A DNA stretch of 64,000 nt from Mobula hypostoma. Taxonomy: Eukaryota. Shown in pieces: positions 39,158 through 51,424 of the stretch. Made by a program: the position numbers and the translations under genes. The stretch is from the NCBI RefSeq assembly GCF_963921235.1, contig NC_086097.1:198650001-198714000 (forward strand), given 5' to 3'. Positions within the stretch are counted from its first letter, which is position 1; every line of letters begins with the position of its first letter. Below the pieces are notes generated by a model. It saw nothing but the letters and a program-made list of their open reading frames with translations. It ran no database searches and was not told where the DNA came from.

Positions 39158-40654
39158 CACGACAGCACAACAGTGCCTCTATTTCCTCAGGAGACTGTGG
39201 AGGTTTGGCATGTCATCGAAAACCTTGGCAAACTTCTATAGATCTGTGAAAGTGTGTTGACTAGCTGCATTACAGCCTGGTATGAGAACACCAATGCCTT
39301 TGAGCGGAAAATCCCTCCCACCCATTGAGCACATCTACATGAAGCGATGCCTTTAGAAGCTTCACCCATCATCAGGGAACCCCACCACCCAGGCCATGTT
39401 CTTTTCTTGCTGCTGCCTTCAGTTAGAAGGTACAAGTGCCTCAGGACTCGCACCACAACGTTCAAGAGCAGTTACTACTACTACTACATCGATTCAGGCC
39501 TAGGCGGCCGGCATCGGGCATGATGACAGACTCTCCACTTCTCCCTCTCCCTCATCAGTGTGTTCAGTTCATCTACATTAACCGCGCTGCTGTCTTCTAG
39601 GAGCGTGTTGACCATAGTCTTGGGAGGGCGCCCAGGGTTCATCCTCCCATGCTTGGGCTCCCATATGATGACTAGGCTGGCAGGTAGCTCGGGGTAGTGA
39701 AGACAGTGCCCCGCTAGTTGCAGTCTTCTCGCCTCAATTTTAGTGGAGAGCATCGGTAGGTTGCTATAGAGCTCGACGTTTGTCATGTGCTGTTGCCAAC
39801 TCATGTCAAGAGCCATCCGGAGCATTTGTGTATAGCAACCATCTAGAGACTTTCGCATTGTCTTGGTGAGTGTCCACGTCTCGCATCCGTACGTGAGAAT
39901 GGACTCTATGACTGCTATGAAAATCCTCTTTTTAAGCCCTCTGGTCAGGTTCGATTTCCAGATTTCCTTCATGTCGTTCATAGCGCTCCACGCCAGCGCC
40001 TTCCATATCTTTATGTCCTTCTCCGAACTCATTATTATTGACCCGAGGTACTTGTAGTCAAAGAGTTTTTTAATGGTATCATTCTCTACTGTCTTGAGAG
40101 TACCTTCGTCGCAGTTAAACGCCATGTACTCTGCGTTTTTAGCATTTAGGTGAAGTCCAATTTTATTGCACTTAATCTCAACTTCTATCAGTAGCTGCTG
40201 TGCTTCCTCCATCTGGTCAGAGAGCAGGACTGTATCATCTGCAAAATCGAGATCTGTGAGTGTAACTGGTCTGACCTTTTTGGTTCGCCCTGGTTTTATG
40301 GTAAAACCAAGCTTGTCATGATCTTTGATAACTTGACGCAGAGCATAATCAAGGACGATTATAAAGATGTAGATAAAGAACAGTTGCTACCCCTCTACCA
40401 CCAGGCTCTTAAATAAAAGGGGATAGCTACACTCATTTAAAGATTGTTATATAGATATTTCATGCTTGTGATTTACTGCTATTTATTTGCATAGTTTGTT
40501 TACAGTTTACAATTCGTGATGTTTACAGTTTACAGATCCTGGTTACAGTTACTGTTGTATAGATTTGCTAAGTATACTCACAGAAAAAGAATCTCAGGGT
40601 TGTATGTATGTGACATGAATGTACTCTGATAATAATTTTTACTTTGAAGTTTGA
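39158..40654 (+). mobile_element. Rex-type LINE 3' part hosting an RTE element
   Basis: Rex C-terminal sequence and tttgaa tail; TSD acctg at 39153-39157 and 40655-40659. Confidence 0.8.
39479..40375 (-). mobile_element. RTE-clade LINE, 5'-truncated
   Basis: ORF 39484-40212 (YKYLGS, ESILTYGCETWTL, RLQLAGH, GRPPKT) preceded by DLDFADD; (TAG)n tail; 15-bp TSD aagagcagttactac / aagaacagttgctac. Confidence 0.9.
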
Positions 40655-41961
40655 ACCTGGCCCTGTCTCATTCCCTAATAGGAGATCCAGTATCACATTC
40701 TCTCTAGGGGATCTCTATGTACCAATTAAAGAAACTTTCCTGAACACATTTGACATAGTCCATCCCATCTAGCCCTTTTACCATCTGGGAGTTCCAGTCA
40801 ATATGTGGAATGTTAAAATCTCCTATTAGCACAACCTAATGGTTCTTGCAACAGTCTGCAATCTGTCTGCAAATCTGCTCCACTAAATCTCGCAGACTAT
40901 GGGTGGTCTATAATATAAACCCATTAACGTGGTAATCCCTTTCTTATTCCTCAGTGTCACCCATATAGCCTCAGTAGACATGCTCTCCAGTCTGTTAGTG
41001 CCATCTTACAATTATTTTAACCATTCATTTCCTAAATCATAATTTTTTTTCAAGATTTGTAATCTCCTACATGCCCTTTTCCTCAGAATGTCAGCTCCGA
41101 AATAACTCTCACCGCTTGTCCTGTCTTCTGGAAAGCCATGTGGGATGTTTACAATGAGATAATCCACAGGGCACTTAAGCTGCCTCAGCTATGTATGTTC
41201 TCAGTTGAGAATGGATACCCATGATTATGTGACCTTCCTTCATTGTGCTCTTGCTCTGTGGTTTTCAACATCTCTTCCTAGGCAGCAGAGTATCCTCCCA
41301 AAGCCTGTGGGAATACTTGACATCTCCCTGGCTGTTACAGAGTCCTTCAGTATCATTCATCTCCATAAAACATACAACTTCATAAGTAGATGCATTATTG
41401 ATATTTTCCCTGACTGGGGTGAAAATGAAACAAGAGAGTGACCACTTAGACAGACGTGAGAAGAAATTTCTTCATACAGAGAGCAGTGAATCATTGGATT
41501 TCATTATCCAAGAGGGAGCAATTATATTAACAGCTATATTGTCTGATAATGATGAAAACAAGGGATATGGGATGATTTCAGGTAAGAGAATTGATGTAAA
41601 AGATCAGCCACATTCTTCTTGAATAACAAAATAGGGATGAGGGCCAATTGGTCTTTCCCTGTAGCTACTTCTAATTTTCTTATGTTGTGCGCTGTGCTAT
41701 TTTTATTTAAAATGACCCATTAAGAGCAGGTTTGTATTGAACATTATCAATGTGTCTGATATTGTGGTGCTTTTATTGCAGCTTTTGCTAAGTCATTTGT
41801 GTTTCAATGACACACAGCTGCCATTCACTTAACCATCGAGAAGTCTCAGAGGCCAACCATCAAAGACACAGATGCAGAATACAGGTGGCTAAGTTACTGT
41901 TGAGTTCAGTCTGTTCAGGCATGCCTGCCGCATTCCAGAATGCTGGGTGCTCTCAGTTTGA

Positions 41962-43335
41962 ACATAAGAACATAAAGATTTAAGAAATAGGAGCAGGAGT
42001 AGGCCATTTGGCCCATCGAGCCTGCTCTGCCATTCAATAAGATCATGGCTGATATGACCATGGACTCATCTCCATCTACCTGGCTTTTCCCCATAACCCT
42101 TAATTCCTCTACTATGCAAAAATCTATCCAACCTTGCCATAAATATATTTACTGTGGTAGTCTCCACTGCTTCACTGAGCAGAGAATTCCACGGATTCAC
42201 CACTCTTTGAGAAAAGCAGTTCCTCCTCATCTCGTCCTAAATTTTCTCCCCCAAATCTTGAGGCTATGTCCACTAGTTCTAATCTCACCTACCAGTGGAA
42301 ACAACTTTCTTGCCTCTATCTTATCTATCCTTTTCATAATTTTATATGTTTTTATAAGATCTCCTCTCATTCTGAATTCCAGTGAGTACAGTTCCAAGCC
42401 ACTCAATCTCTCCTCATAGTCTAACCTCTCATCTCTGGAATCAACCTGATGAACCTCCTCTGCAGCACCTCTAAATCCAGTATATCTTTCCTCAAGTAAG
42501 GAGATCAGAACTGCACGCAGTACTCCAGGTGCGGCCTCACCAGTACCCTGTACAGTTGCAGCATAAACTCCCTTCTCTTAAATTCCATCCCTCTAGCAAT
42601 GAAGGCCAACATTCCATTTGCCTTCTTGATAGCCTGCTGCACCTGCAAACCAACCTTTCGTGATTATTGCACAAGTACTCTCAAGTCTTTGTGCACAGTA
42701 GCATGCTGCAATCTTTTATTATTTAAATAATAATCTGATCCTCCATTTTTCCCTCCAAAGTGGATGACCACGCATTTACCAACATTGTACTCCATCTACC
42801 AGACCCTTGCCCACTCATTTGATCTATCTATATCTCTTTGCAGACTCTCCGTATCCCCTGCACAGTTTGCCTTTCCACTCAATTTAGTATCATCAGCAAA
42901 CTTAGATACACTACACTCGGTCTCATCTTCCAGATCATTAATATATACCATGAGCAGTTGTGGGCCCAGCACCAACCCCTGTGGCACACCACTCACCATT
43001 GATTGCCAACCAGAGTAACATCCATGTATCCCAACTCTCTGTTTTCTATTGATTAACCAATCCTCTATCCATGTTAATGCATCACCCCCAACTCTATGCA
43101 TCCTTATCTTATAGGTAAGTCTTTTATGTGGCACCTTATTGAATGCCTTCTGGAAAACTAAGTAAATAACGTCCATCTGTTCCCTCTATCCACTGTGCTC
43201 GTTATATCCTCAAATAACTCCAGTACATTTGTCAAACATGACCTACTTTTGCTGAATCCTTGTTACATCTGCCTGATGGATCCATTTTTTCCAGATGCCT
43301 TGCTATTTCTTCTTTAATCATAGCTTCAAGCATTT
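41962..43335 (-). mobile_element. CR1 LINE, 5'-truncated
   Basis: (aacataag)n tail; RT ORF 42796-43176 (GVPQG..GP, FADD). Confidence 0.9.
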
Positions 43336-43344
43336 TGAAGGGCA

Positions 43345-43485
43345 AGCAACACACATAAAAATTGCTGGTGAATGCAGCAGGCCAGGCAGCATCTATAGGA
43401 AGAGGTACAGTCGACGTTTCGGGCCGAGACTCTTCATCAGGACTTGCTTGAAATTCCAGCATCTGCAGATATCCTCGTGTTTGCA
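43345..43485. mobile_element. 141-bp Penelope terminal insertion with an internal inversion
   Basis: 13-bp TSD attttgaagggca at 43332-43344 and 43486-43498; minus-oriented arm joined to a plus-oriented terminal arm. Confidence 0.85.
43409..43444 (-). ncRNA. Minimal hammerhead ribozyme motif
   Basis: Minus strand agtc-CTGATGA-a-gagtctcggccc-GAAA-cg-TC-gact. Confidence 0.7.
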
Positions 43486-44059
43486 ATTTTGAAGGGCAGT
43501 TATTTTTCTGTATTATTTAGTATTGCCAACTAATTTTAAGATCTATCACTATGACATTCTTTTATCAGCCTGCTCTGTTATTTTTGGTTAATTGACAAGT
43601 TTGTGATTAGTTGCACATACAAATCTGGTACTTGACTCATAAATACTGTTGGCTAAAAAATCATGAACATTTCAAGAACTTTTATGAAAAGTTACTTTAT
43701 TTCAGAGTGCCTTAGGCACAACCACCTTTAGCTGCTTCATTCATGACCGTTCTTCCACCACAAGGTGGGAATTTCAGATTCAGATTCAAGCACATTTCTT
43801 TATTACATTAATATTGAAGCCTGCAGTGAAATGTGTCATTTGCTTTATCAACAAAAATAACCTAAGGATGTGCCGGGGGCAGCCTGCAAATGTCACACAC
43901 ATTCCAGCACCAACATAGCACGACCAAAGTCCAGGACAGCCCACTTCTGAACCTCCAGCCACAGGTGGACTCGTGGATTCACAAACTAGCAGAGACTGGG
44001 CCTCTGACTTCCCAAGTGGACTTGTAGACTCAAAGACCCTGGGCTACAGATGTAACAAT

Positions 44060-44367
44060 GCATATTTCAGATTCAGATTTATCACATTTACAGTGAAATG
44101 CGTTGAAATGCATCACCATACTCGGCAGAACAACACAGCGCACAACAAAACGGAAAAACAGAACATACAAAGCAACAAAGCAACCATAGCAAAATAATCT
44201 CTGTAGCCCCCTCCCTCCCTCCTACCCACCCTACACACATTTGCAGTCTTTTTTGGCGTGTGCCTGCGTGCGTGCGAGTCTGTGCATGTGCAAATGTGCG
44301 TGTGCGTCTGTGTGTGCATGTGTGCGTCCGTGATGACATCTTTTTCATGGCTTTTTACAAGGCGCGG

Positions 44368-44402
<35 letters not shown>

Positions 44403-44580
44403 GTGGCGCGCCACTCCTCACACAGATATTTTCGCAGTATTTTTCCCTTTATTTTATGAGGTCGAGTTGCAAACTCAACACTCAACCCAGCACGGATGGA
44501 AAGCGTCTTGGGGAACGGACCCAGCTGGTTTCGAACCGGGAACCTCCACTCCCGGTTCCAGCGCCGATGTCACCAGCCAG
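44060..44580 (-). mobile_element. Probable tRNA-derived SINE with (GA)n and (GT/GC)-like microsatellites
   Basis: B-box-like GTTCGAAACC on the minus strand at about 44527-44536; (GA)n at about 44371-44398. Confidence 0.5.
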
Positions 44581-44769
44581 CCCAACATTTACAGTTTTCT
44601 AACCCTAGGACTTTGGCTTCTGGCCCATGTCCCTAAAGCCTAATCTGTCCGCTAACTCTCCTCTCTATCCCCAGAAAAACATCCCTACAAATCTTAATAA
44701 ACATCGAAAAAAAGCAACTGTGTGAATCACAACCACAATGGAGACTGCAGCTCAGCACCCTCTTATTTT

Positions 44770-47700
44770 TCAATTTTCAAGATCAAGTTCAGTCTGTTGT
44801 TACTCAACCATACACATGTACACCACCAAGCAAAACAATGTTCCTCTGAAGCAAGGTGTACAACCCAATACATATAACTCTCACACTCTACAAATAATGT
44901 AATATTACCACAAATAAATTAACAAATAATAAGGTGCATTTACAACACAGGTTAAAAAGTTAACAGTATAATGCTACAGGCGCGTCAAATCTGATGAGAC
45001 CTGAGCGGTGGTAGGGAGTTTAGCAGTCTTATAGCCTAGGGGAAGAAGACCATTCTCATCCTAAGAGTTCTTATCCTAATGCTATAGTACCGCCTGCCTG
45101 ATGGTAGGGGGGGTCAAAGAGATTATTGGATGGGTAGGTGGGAACACTGACAAGGCTAAAGGGTCCACATACACAGTGCTCTGGATGAATATATCTGATT
45201 GGTGGAAGAGAGACTCCGATGATCCTTTCAGCAGTCCTTGCCATCTTTTGTAGAGCAATACAGTCAGATGTCTTGCAATTCCCACCCAAGACAGTGATGT
45301 AACTGGTCAGGACACCCTCCATGGTGCTCCTGTAAAAATTGGTTGGAATAGTGGGGTAGTGGTGGATCCTCACGTACCTCAATTCTCTCAGAAAGTGAAG
45401 ACGCTGCTGTGCTTTCTATGCTGTGGCTTTAGGGACCAGGTGAGATTGTGCATCATGTGCACTCCCAGAAACTTGGTGTTCCGAACTTTCTCCCAGAGGA
45501 GCCATTTGAAGTACAAAGTACTTCAAAAATCAAAGTAAATTTTTATTATCAAAGTACATATATGTCACTATATACGACCTTGAAATTCATTTTCCTACAG
45601 GCATACTCAGCAAATCTATTGAAAAGTAGCTATAACAGGATCAATGAAAGATCATCCAGAGTGCAGCAGACAACAAATTGCAAATGCAAATGTAAATAAA
45701 CAGTAATAAATATTTGGAACATGAAATGACAAGATAAAGAGTCCTTAAAGTGAGATCGTTGGTTGTGAGAGCATCTCAATGGTAGGGCAAGTGAGTGCAG
45801 TCATCCCCTTTGTTCAAGATCCTGACGAATGATGGTGGTAACTGTTCTTAAGCCTGGTGGTGCAAGTCCTGAGGCTCTTGTATCGTCTACCTGTTGGCAG
45901 TAGCGAGAAAAGAGCATGGCATGCGAGGTGGTGTTCTCTGATGATGTGTACTGCTTCCTATGACATTGTTTCATGCAGATGTGTTCAATGAGTGGGAGGG
46001 CTTTATTTGCAATGTACTAGGCTGATTCCTCTACCTTTGTAGGCTTTTCCGTTCAAAGGCATTGGTGTTCCATACCAGGCCATAATGCAGCCAGTCAATG
46101 CACTCTCCACTATACATCTATGGAAGTTTGTCAAAGTTTTAGATGTCATGGCAAATCTCTGCAAACTCCTAAGGTAATAGAGGTGCTGCTGTGTGTTCGA
46201 CAGAGTGATCAGCAGCACTGGGGCTCCATGGAGGACTGTCTTGTCTCCCTTTCTCTTCACCATTTACACCTCGGACTTCAACTACTGCACAGAGTCTTGT
46301 CATCTTCAGAAGATTTCAGATGACTCTGCCATAGTTGGATGCATCAGCAAGGGAGATGAGGCTGAGTACAGGGCTACGGTAGGAAACTTTGTCACATGGT
46401 GTGAGCAGAATTATCTGCAGCTTAATGTGAAAAAGACTAAGGAGCTGGTGGTAGACCTGAGGAGAGCTAAGGTACCGGTGACCCCTGTTTCCAGGGGGTC
46501 AGTGTGGACATGGTGGAGGATTACAAATACCTGGGGATACGAATTGACAATAAACTGGACTGGTCAAAGAACACTGAGGCTGTCTACAAGAAGGGTTAGG
46601 GCCATCTCTATTTCCTGAGGAGAGTGAGGTCCTTTAACATCTGCCGGACGATGCTGAGGATGTTCTACGAGTCTGTGGTGGCCAGTGCTATCATGTTTGC
46701 TGTTGTGTGCTGGGGCAGCAGGCTGAGGGTAGCAGACACCAACAGAATCAATAAACTCATTCGTAAGGCCAGTGATTTTGTGGGGATGGAACTGGACTCT
46801 CTCACGGTGGTGTCTGAAAAGAGGATGCTGACCAAGTTGCATGCCATCTTGGTCAATGTCTCCCATCCAACTACATAATGTACTGGGTGGGCACAGGAGT
46901 ACATTCAGCCAGAGACTCATTCTACCAAGATGCAGCACGGAGCGTCATAGGAAGTCATTCCTGCCTGTTGCCATCAAACTTTACAACTCCTCCCTTGGAG
47001 GGTCAGACACCCTGAGCCAATGGGCTGGTCCTGGACTTATTTCATAATTTCCTGGCATAATTTTCATATTACTATTTAACTATTTATAGTTCTATTACTA
47101 TTTATTACTTATGGTGCAACTGTAACGAAAACCAATTTCCCCCGGGATCAATAAAGTATGACTATGACTATGACTATGACTAATCACAATTGAACTTACA
47201 TGCTGGGTCCAGGACAGATCCTTGAAATAGTAACGCTCAGGAATTTAAAGTTGCCAACCCTCTCAACTTCAGATCCTCCAATGAGGACTGGTTCATGGAT
47301 CTCTGGTTTCCGTCTCCTGAAGATTATAATCAGTTCTTTGGTCTTCTCTTGTTGAAATTGACAGAGAGGTTTTTGATATGACACCGCTCAGCCTGATTTT
47401 CAATCTCCCTCCTGCATGCGGATTTAGCACCGCCTTTGATTCGGCCCACTTGTAGACCCTAGCCAGTTCAGATTGTCAAATACATCTCCTCCACAATCTC
47501 CATCAGCACAGGAGCACCATAGGGATGTGTGCTTAACCCCGGCTCTACTCGCTTTACACCTAATTCACATAGTCATAGGTTTAAAGCAAGTAGAGTAGAG
47601 GGCTAAGCACACAGGCCTGTGGTGTGCCTGTGCTGATGGAGATCGTGGAGGAGATGTTGATGCCTATCCAAACTGACTGGGGTCTGCATGTGAAGAAATT

Positions 47701-48510
47701 GAGGCCAAGGTCTTGGAGCTTATTGATTAGCTTTGAGGGATTGATAGTATTGAATGCTGAGCTGTAGTCAATAACAAGCATCCTGTTGTATGAACCTTTG
47801 CTGTCCAGATGTTCCAGGATTGAGTGAAGACCCAATGAGTTGGCATCTGCTGTGAACCTGATGCTCTGGTAGGCAAATTGGAACGGATCCAGGTCTCTTC
47901 TCAGGTAGGAGCTGATATGTTTTAATCAAGAGCTTCTCAAAGCACTTTATCACTATGGATATGAGTGCAACTGGGTGATAGTCATTGAGGCAGGTCACCA
48001 TGTTCTTCTTGGGCACCAGTATAATTGAAGCCTGTTTGTGCAGTGAGGAGTGTTTAGCCGCACCTTCCTAAAGTCCACAATCATCTTTTTGGTCTTGCCA
48101 CATTGAGACTCAAGTTGTTATGCTCACATCATTCTACCAGCCACTCTACCTCCTCACTGCATGCCATCTCATTGTTGTTGTCGATGAGGTCTGGCACTGC
48201 TGTGTCGTCAGTGAACTTGATGATTCCCTTTGAGCTGGATCTAACAGTGTAGACAAGTGTCAGCAGTGAGAACAGCAGTGGGCTGAGCATACAACCCTGG
48301 GTGGTCACTACAGCTCACCGTGATGGAGTTAGAGATGTTTCTGCCAATGTGGGCCAATTGTAACCTTTCTGTCAAGTAGTCCAAGATCCAGTTACAGATA
48401 GAGGTGTTGAGACCCGTCGAGGACAGTTTACCCACCAGCTTCTGAGGAAAATCATATTAAAGACCGAGCTGAAGTCGATAAACAGCATCCTGGTATAAGA
48501 GGCACCATTT
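44770..48510 (-). mobile_element. Cluster of decayed Rex1/Babar-type LINE pieces
   Basis: ORFs 45071-45382, 46003-46263, 47196-47384, 47581-47835 (DYSSAFNTI), 47768-48016 (NDYHPVAL) and 48241-48435. Confidence 0.8.
46190..47180 (+). mobile_element. Younger Rex-type LINE nested antisense in a Rex copy
   Basis: ORFs 46193-46618 (TGAP..TVLSPFLF, SDD) and 46624-46878; AATAAA followed by a (TATGAC)4 tail. Confidence 0.9.
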
Positions 48511-50054
48511 TCCAAATCATTAATACCTTGGGGTTGCCATTGACCAGAACTATAACTAGACCAGCCACATTGATATATAGCTGCAAGAGCAGATTAGAGA
48601 TACTTATTCCTGTAGGAAGTGACTCACCTCCATACCACCGTCTACAAGACATGTCAGGAGTATTCTCTCCTTTCACAGATGAATACAGCTCCAGAGGGAC
48701 TCTACAAATGTAACAACATGCAGGACAAAGTAGTCCATTTAATAGCCACGCCAACAACCACCCTAAATACATACTCCCTCTTCCAAATTGGCTCAGTGTA
48801 ATTCATGTGCAAAATGGCCGACAGCTACTTACCCAGCTGCACTGACAACTCCTAAACTTCTAACCGTTACTAACCGGTGGGCCATGGCAACAGGCTTATG
48901 GAAACATCATCACGGGCAAGTGGCATGCCTTTTTGATTTAGAAATATGTCACCAGTCATCTATATTTTGTGGATTTATCTCCTGGAGTTCCCTCTCCAGG
49001 AGCATTCTGGGAGTACCTTCAACAAAAAAGAAATACTGCAGCAGTGCAGGAAGTCAGATCACCACCATCTTCTCAATGCCAGTGAAGGATGGGCAATATC
49101 CCAAAACTGAATAAAAAAATTAATTTGCATTAATCAATAATCAATGATCAAATATCATCTTTCACAACAAATTAAAGATTATCATTAGGTAGCCTTGCTA
49201 TCGGAGCCAATGAGAAAACATTTAATTATGTGCAGTATGTTGTGGGGGGAAAACTCATTGCTTTGCATCTCATTAAATGCTTGGATGGGGATCTACATCT
49301 TAAAGGTCTTGCTATTAGTCTTTTACATACTGAATGGCAATCTAGAGCTCATACTATGAATATGCATATTTTTTGGAGGCACTGAGAGATATAATGCTCT
49401 TTGCTCAGAGTCAGGCCACTAGCACTCAGGGCTTTCAGGCTGTGATGCCCCAGGCAAGGCATTCACTGACCAATGAGACAGTGCTATTGCAGGTAAACCC
49501 TAATCTACTTTATTTCCAATCAGAGTACCATACCAGCACTAAATCTACAGAAAACAACACCTGGCTGTCCATGTTTCAGCTTCAAAAACTTGGTCAGCAG
49601 CCATTAATTGCAAGAGCAAAATCCCACAATAGGGCATCCATCTTGATTACAGGGGCAACAAACAGCCACTGACAGTATGGTCTTCAGATCCTGTAAAGAG
49701 CATTTAGCTGTCCAGGAAGGCATGATATGAGAAAATAAAGGCCATGACAGTAGATTGTGAATTATTGTTTATTTTAGCGGTATTTGATTGAAAATGTATT
49801 GTAAAATGCAACAACTACTTCTGTGTCTTTTTCAAATTCAAATTCAAGTTCAATTGCCATTCGACCATAAACATGAATACAGCCAATCAAAACTGCGTTC
49901 TTCCTGTACAAACAATCACACACAGTACACAACACATAAAGCACTTAATCGCTCAGAAACATACAGTCACAAAAAGTATAGCCCAAGTCCCTGAGTGTCT
50001 TGGCCTGTAAATTGATGGTGCAGGGAATGTTCTCCTGGAGCCACATTTCCTCAT

Positions 50055-50680
50055 CACCATAAGACATAAGAGCAGAATTAGGCTCACCATTCCATTATGG
50101 CTGATTCGTTATCCCTCTAAACCACTTTCTCCTGCCTTCTCCCAATAACCTTTGACACCAGACTAAATAAGAAACTATCAACCTCCAGAGGAACGCTGCA
50201 ATGACGGCTTACTCCCCTTACTTCACCTGGTGGTCACCCGTCCACTATCTGAAGCCTGCACTCTGAGTGTGACTACCTCAGTTAAAGTCTCACCTGAGGT
50301 TTTCTGCTTCTGGGATGGTCCTGCGTCCATCCAGGTCCAGCTCCTTTTCCTGTCATTCCTGCAGATGTAGACATCATATTAAACACCCTGAAATCCCACG
50401 TCTCACAGGAGGAGCATTCCATTGTCCTAAGTACTTTCATGCCTAATCTTGTATTACCTCTAACTTCTCAAGCATAAGTTCCGGCCTGCACCTGCTCTCT
50501 CCTAAACCTTTCGAGCCAAATCCTGCCCGCTGCTCATTCCAACAATGGCCACTTCACTTACACCTCACTTCCTTTTATTGGTCCTTGATGAGTGCCTAAA
50601 ATATTGTGATAATTTCAGACCACTGAAAAGTTCCAAAAGGCCCTGAGCTCTTTTTAAACCTCGTGTTTCCTCATCAACAA
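50055..50680 (-). mobile_element. CR1 fragments (3' tail at about 50055-50190; ORF1/5' UTR at about 50190-50680)
   Basis: accataagacataag tail; homology to 8840-9220 (gagccaaa...ccaacaatggc..cact). Confidence 0.6.
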
Positions 50681-51424
50681 ATGGCCCCACACGCCAGTGC
50701 AGCTCCAAACAAATGCAATCCTATTTGTCTTCCACCGTGAGCACTAGAGGGCAGCATCGATAGGAGAGGCCAGGGGCTTTAACCAGCACAAGATCCAGGA
50801 TCACCTCTGCTCTTTCTCACACCGCCTCCACTGTCTCCTTCCCTGGGTGCTGCAACAGGAAATCCTGCAGTATGAGGGCCTGGTCCATGCAACAACCAAA
50901 GCCACACAGCTCCCCTGCTGTCGGTCTCACCAATGAACCAGTAAACCCGATTTACAATATTCTACTTTACCAATGTCCTACAGGGCCTTGCGATCACAAG
51001 AAAAATGTCCAAGACAATCATTTGCATCCTATACTGTCACTCTACATTCCTGCTGAGAATTCTGCTTGTGCATCAATAAAAGGGAGAGTGGACATATTGT
51101 CTGGATCGCAAACAAGAGAAAATCTGCAGATGCTGGAAATCCAATCAACACACACAAAATGTCCGAGGAACTCAGTAAGCCAGCCAGCATCTATTGAAAA
51201 GACCCTTCATTGGGACAGGAGGAAAAAAAAAGATGAGGAGTCAGGATAAGAAGGTGGGGGGAGGGAGTAAGGAACACAAGGTGATAAGTGAAACCGGGAG
51301 GGTGAGGGATGAAGTAAAGAGCTGGGAAGTTGACTGGTGAAAGATACAGGGCTGGAGAAGGAGCAATCTGAAAGGAGAGGACAGAAGGCCATGGAAGAAA
51401 GAAAAGGGAGAAAAGCACCAGAGG

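Larger units (their letters stand above)
38070..40995 (-). mobile_element. Second, older CR1 (tail, RT and endonuclease pieces), interrupted at 39158-40654
   Basis: ORFs 38068-38313 and 38465-38767 (KENPKSF..YIK); GDFN..IDW endonuclease remnant at about 40790-40830. Confidence 0.8.
20581..41339 (-). mobile_element. Ancient endogenous retrovirus / LTR retroelement provirus, heavily fragmented
   Basis: Two homologous LTRs (20581-22720 and 35572-41339) once nested inserts are removed; PBS 35552-35569; PPT 22723-22734; flanks gtgt/gagt; integrase remnant at about 32050-32500. Confidence 0.8.
35572..41339 (-). repeat. 5' LTR of the provirus (native parts 35572-35985 and about 40995-41339)
   Basis: Colinear homology with 20581-22720; TGTAAC start at 41339; AACA end at 35572. 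Confidence 0.8.

Noticed and set aside
49409..49491. Possible plus-strand exon ending cag/gtaaac
   Set aside because: Weak sites, unrecognisable peptide, no partner exons
50741..50754. CTCF-like motif GCACTAGAGGGCAG
   Set aside because: Single imperfect motif in repeat-derived sequence; no support for function
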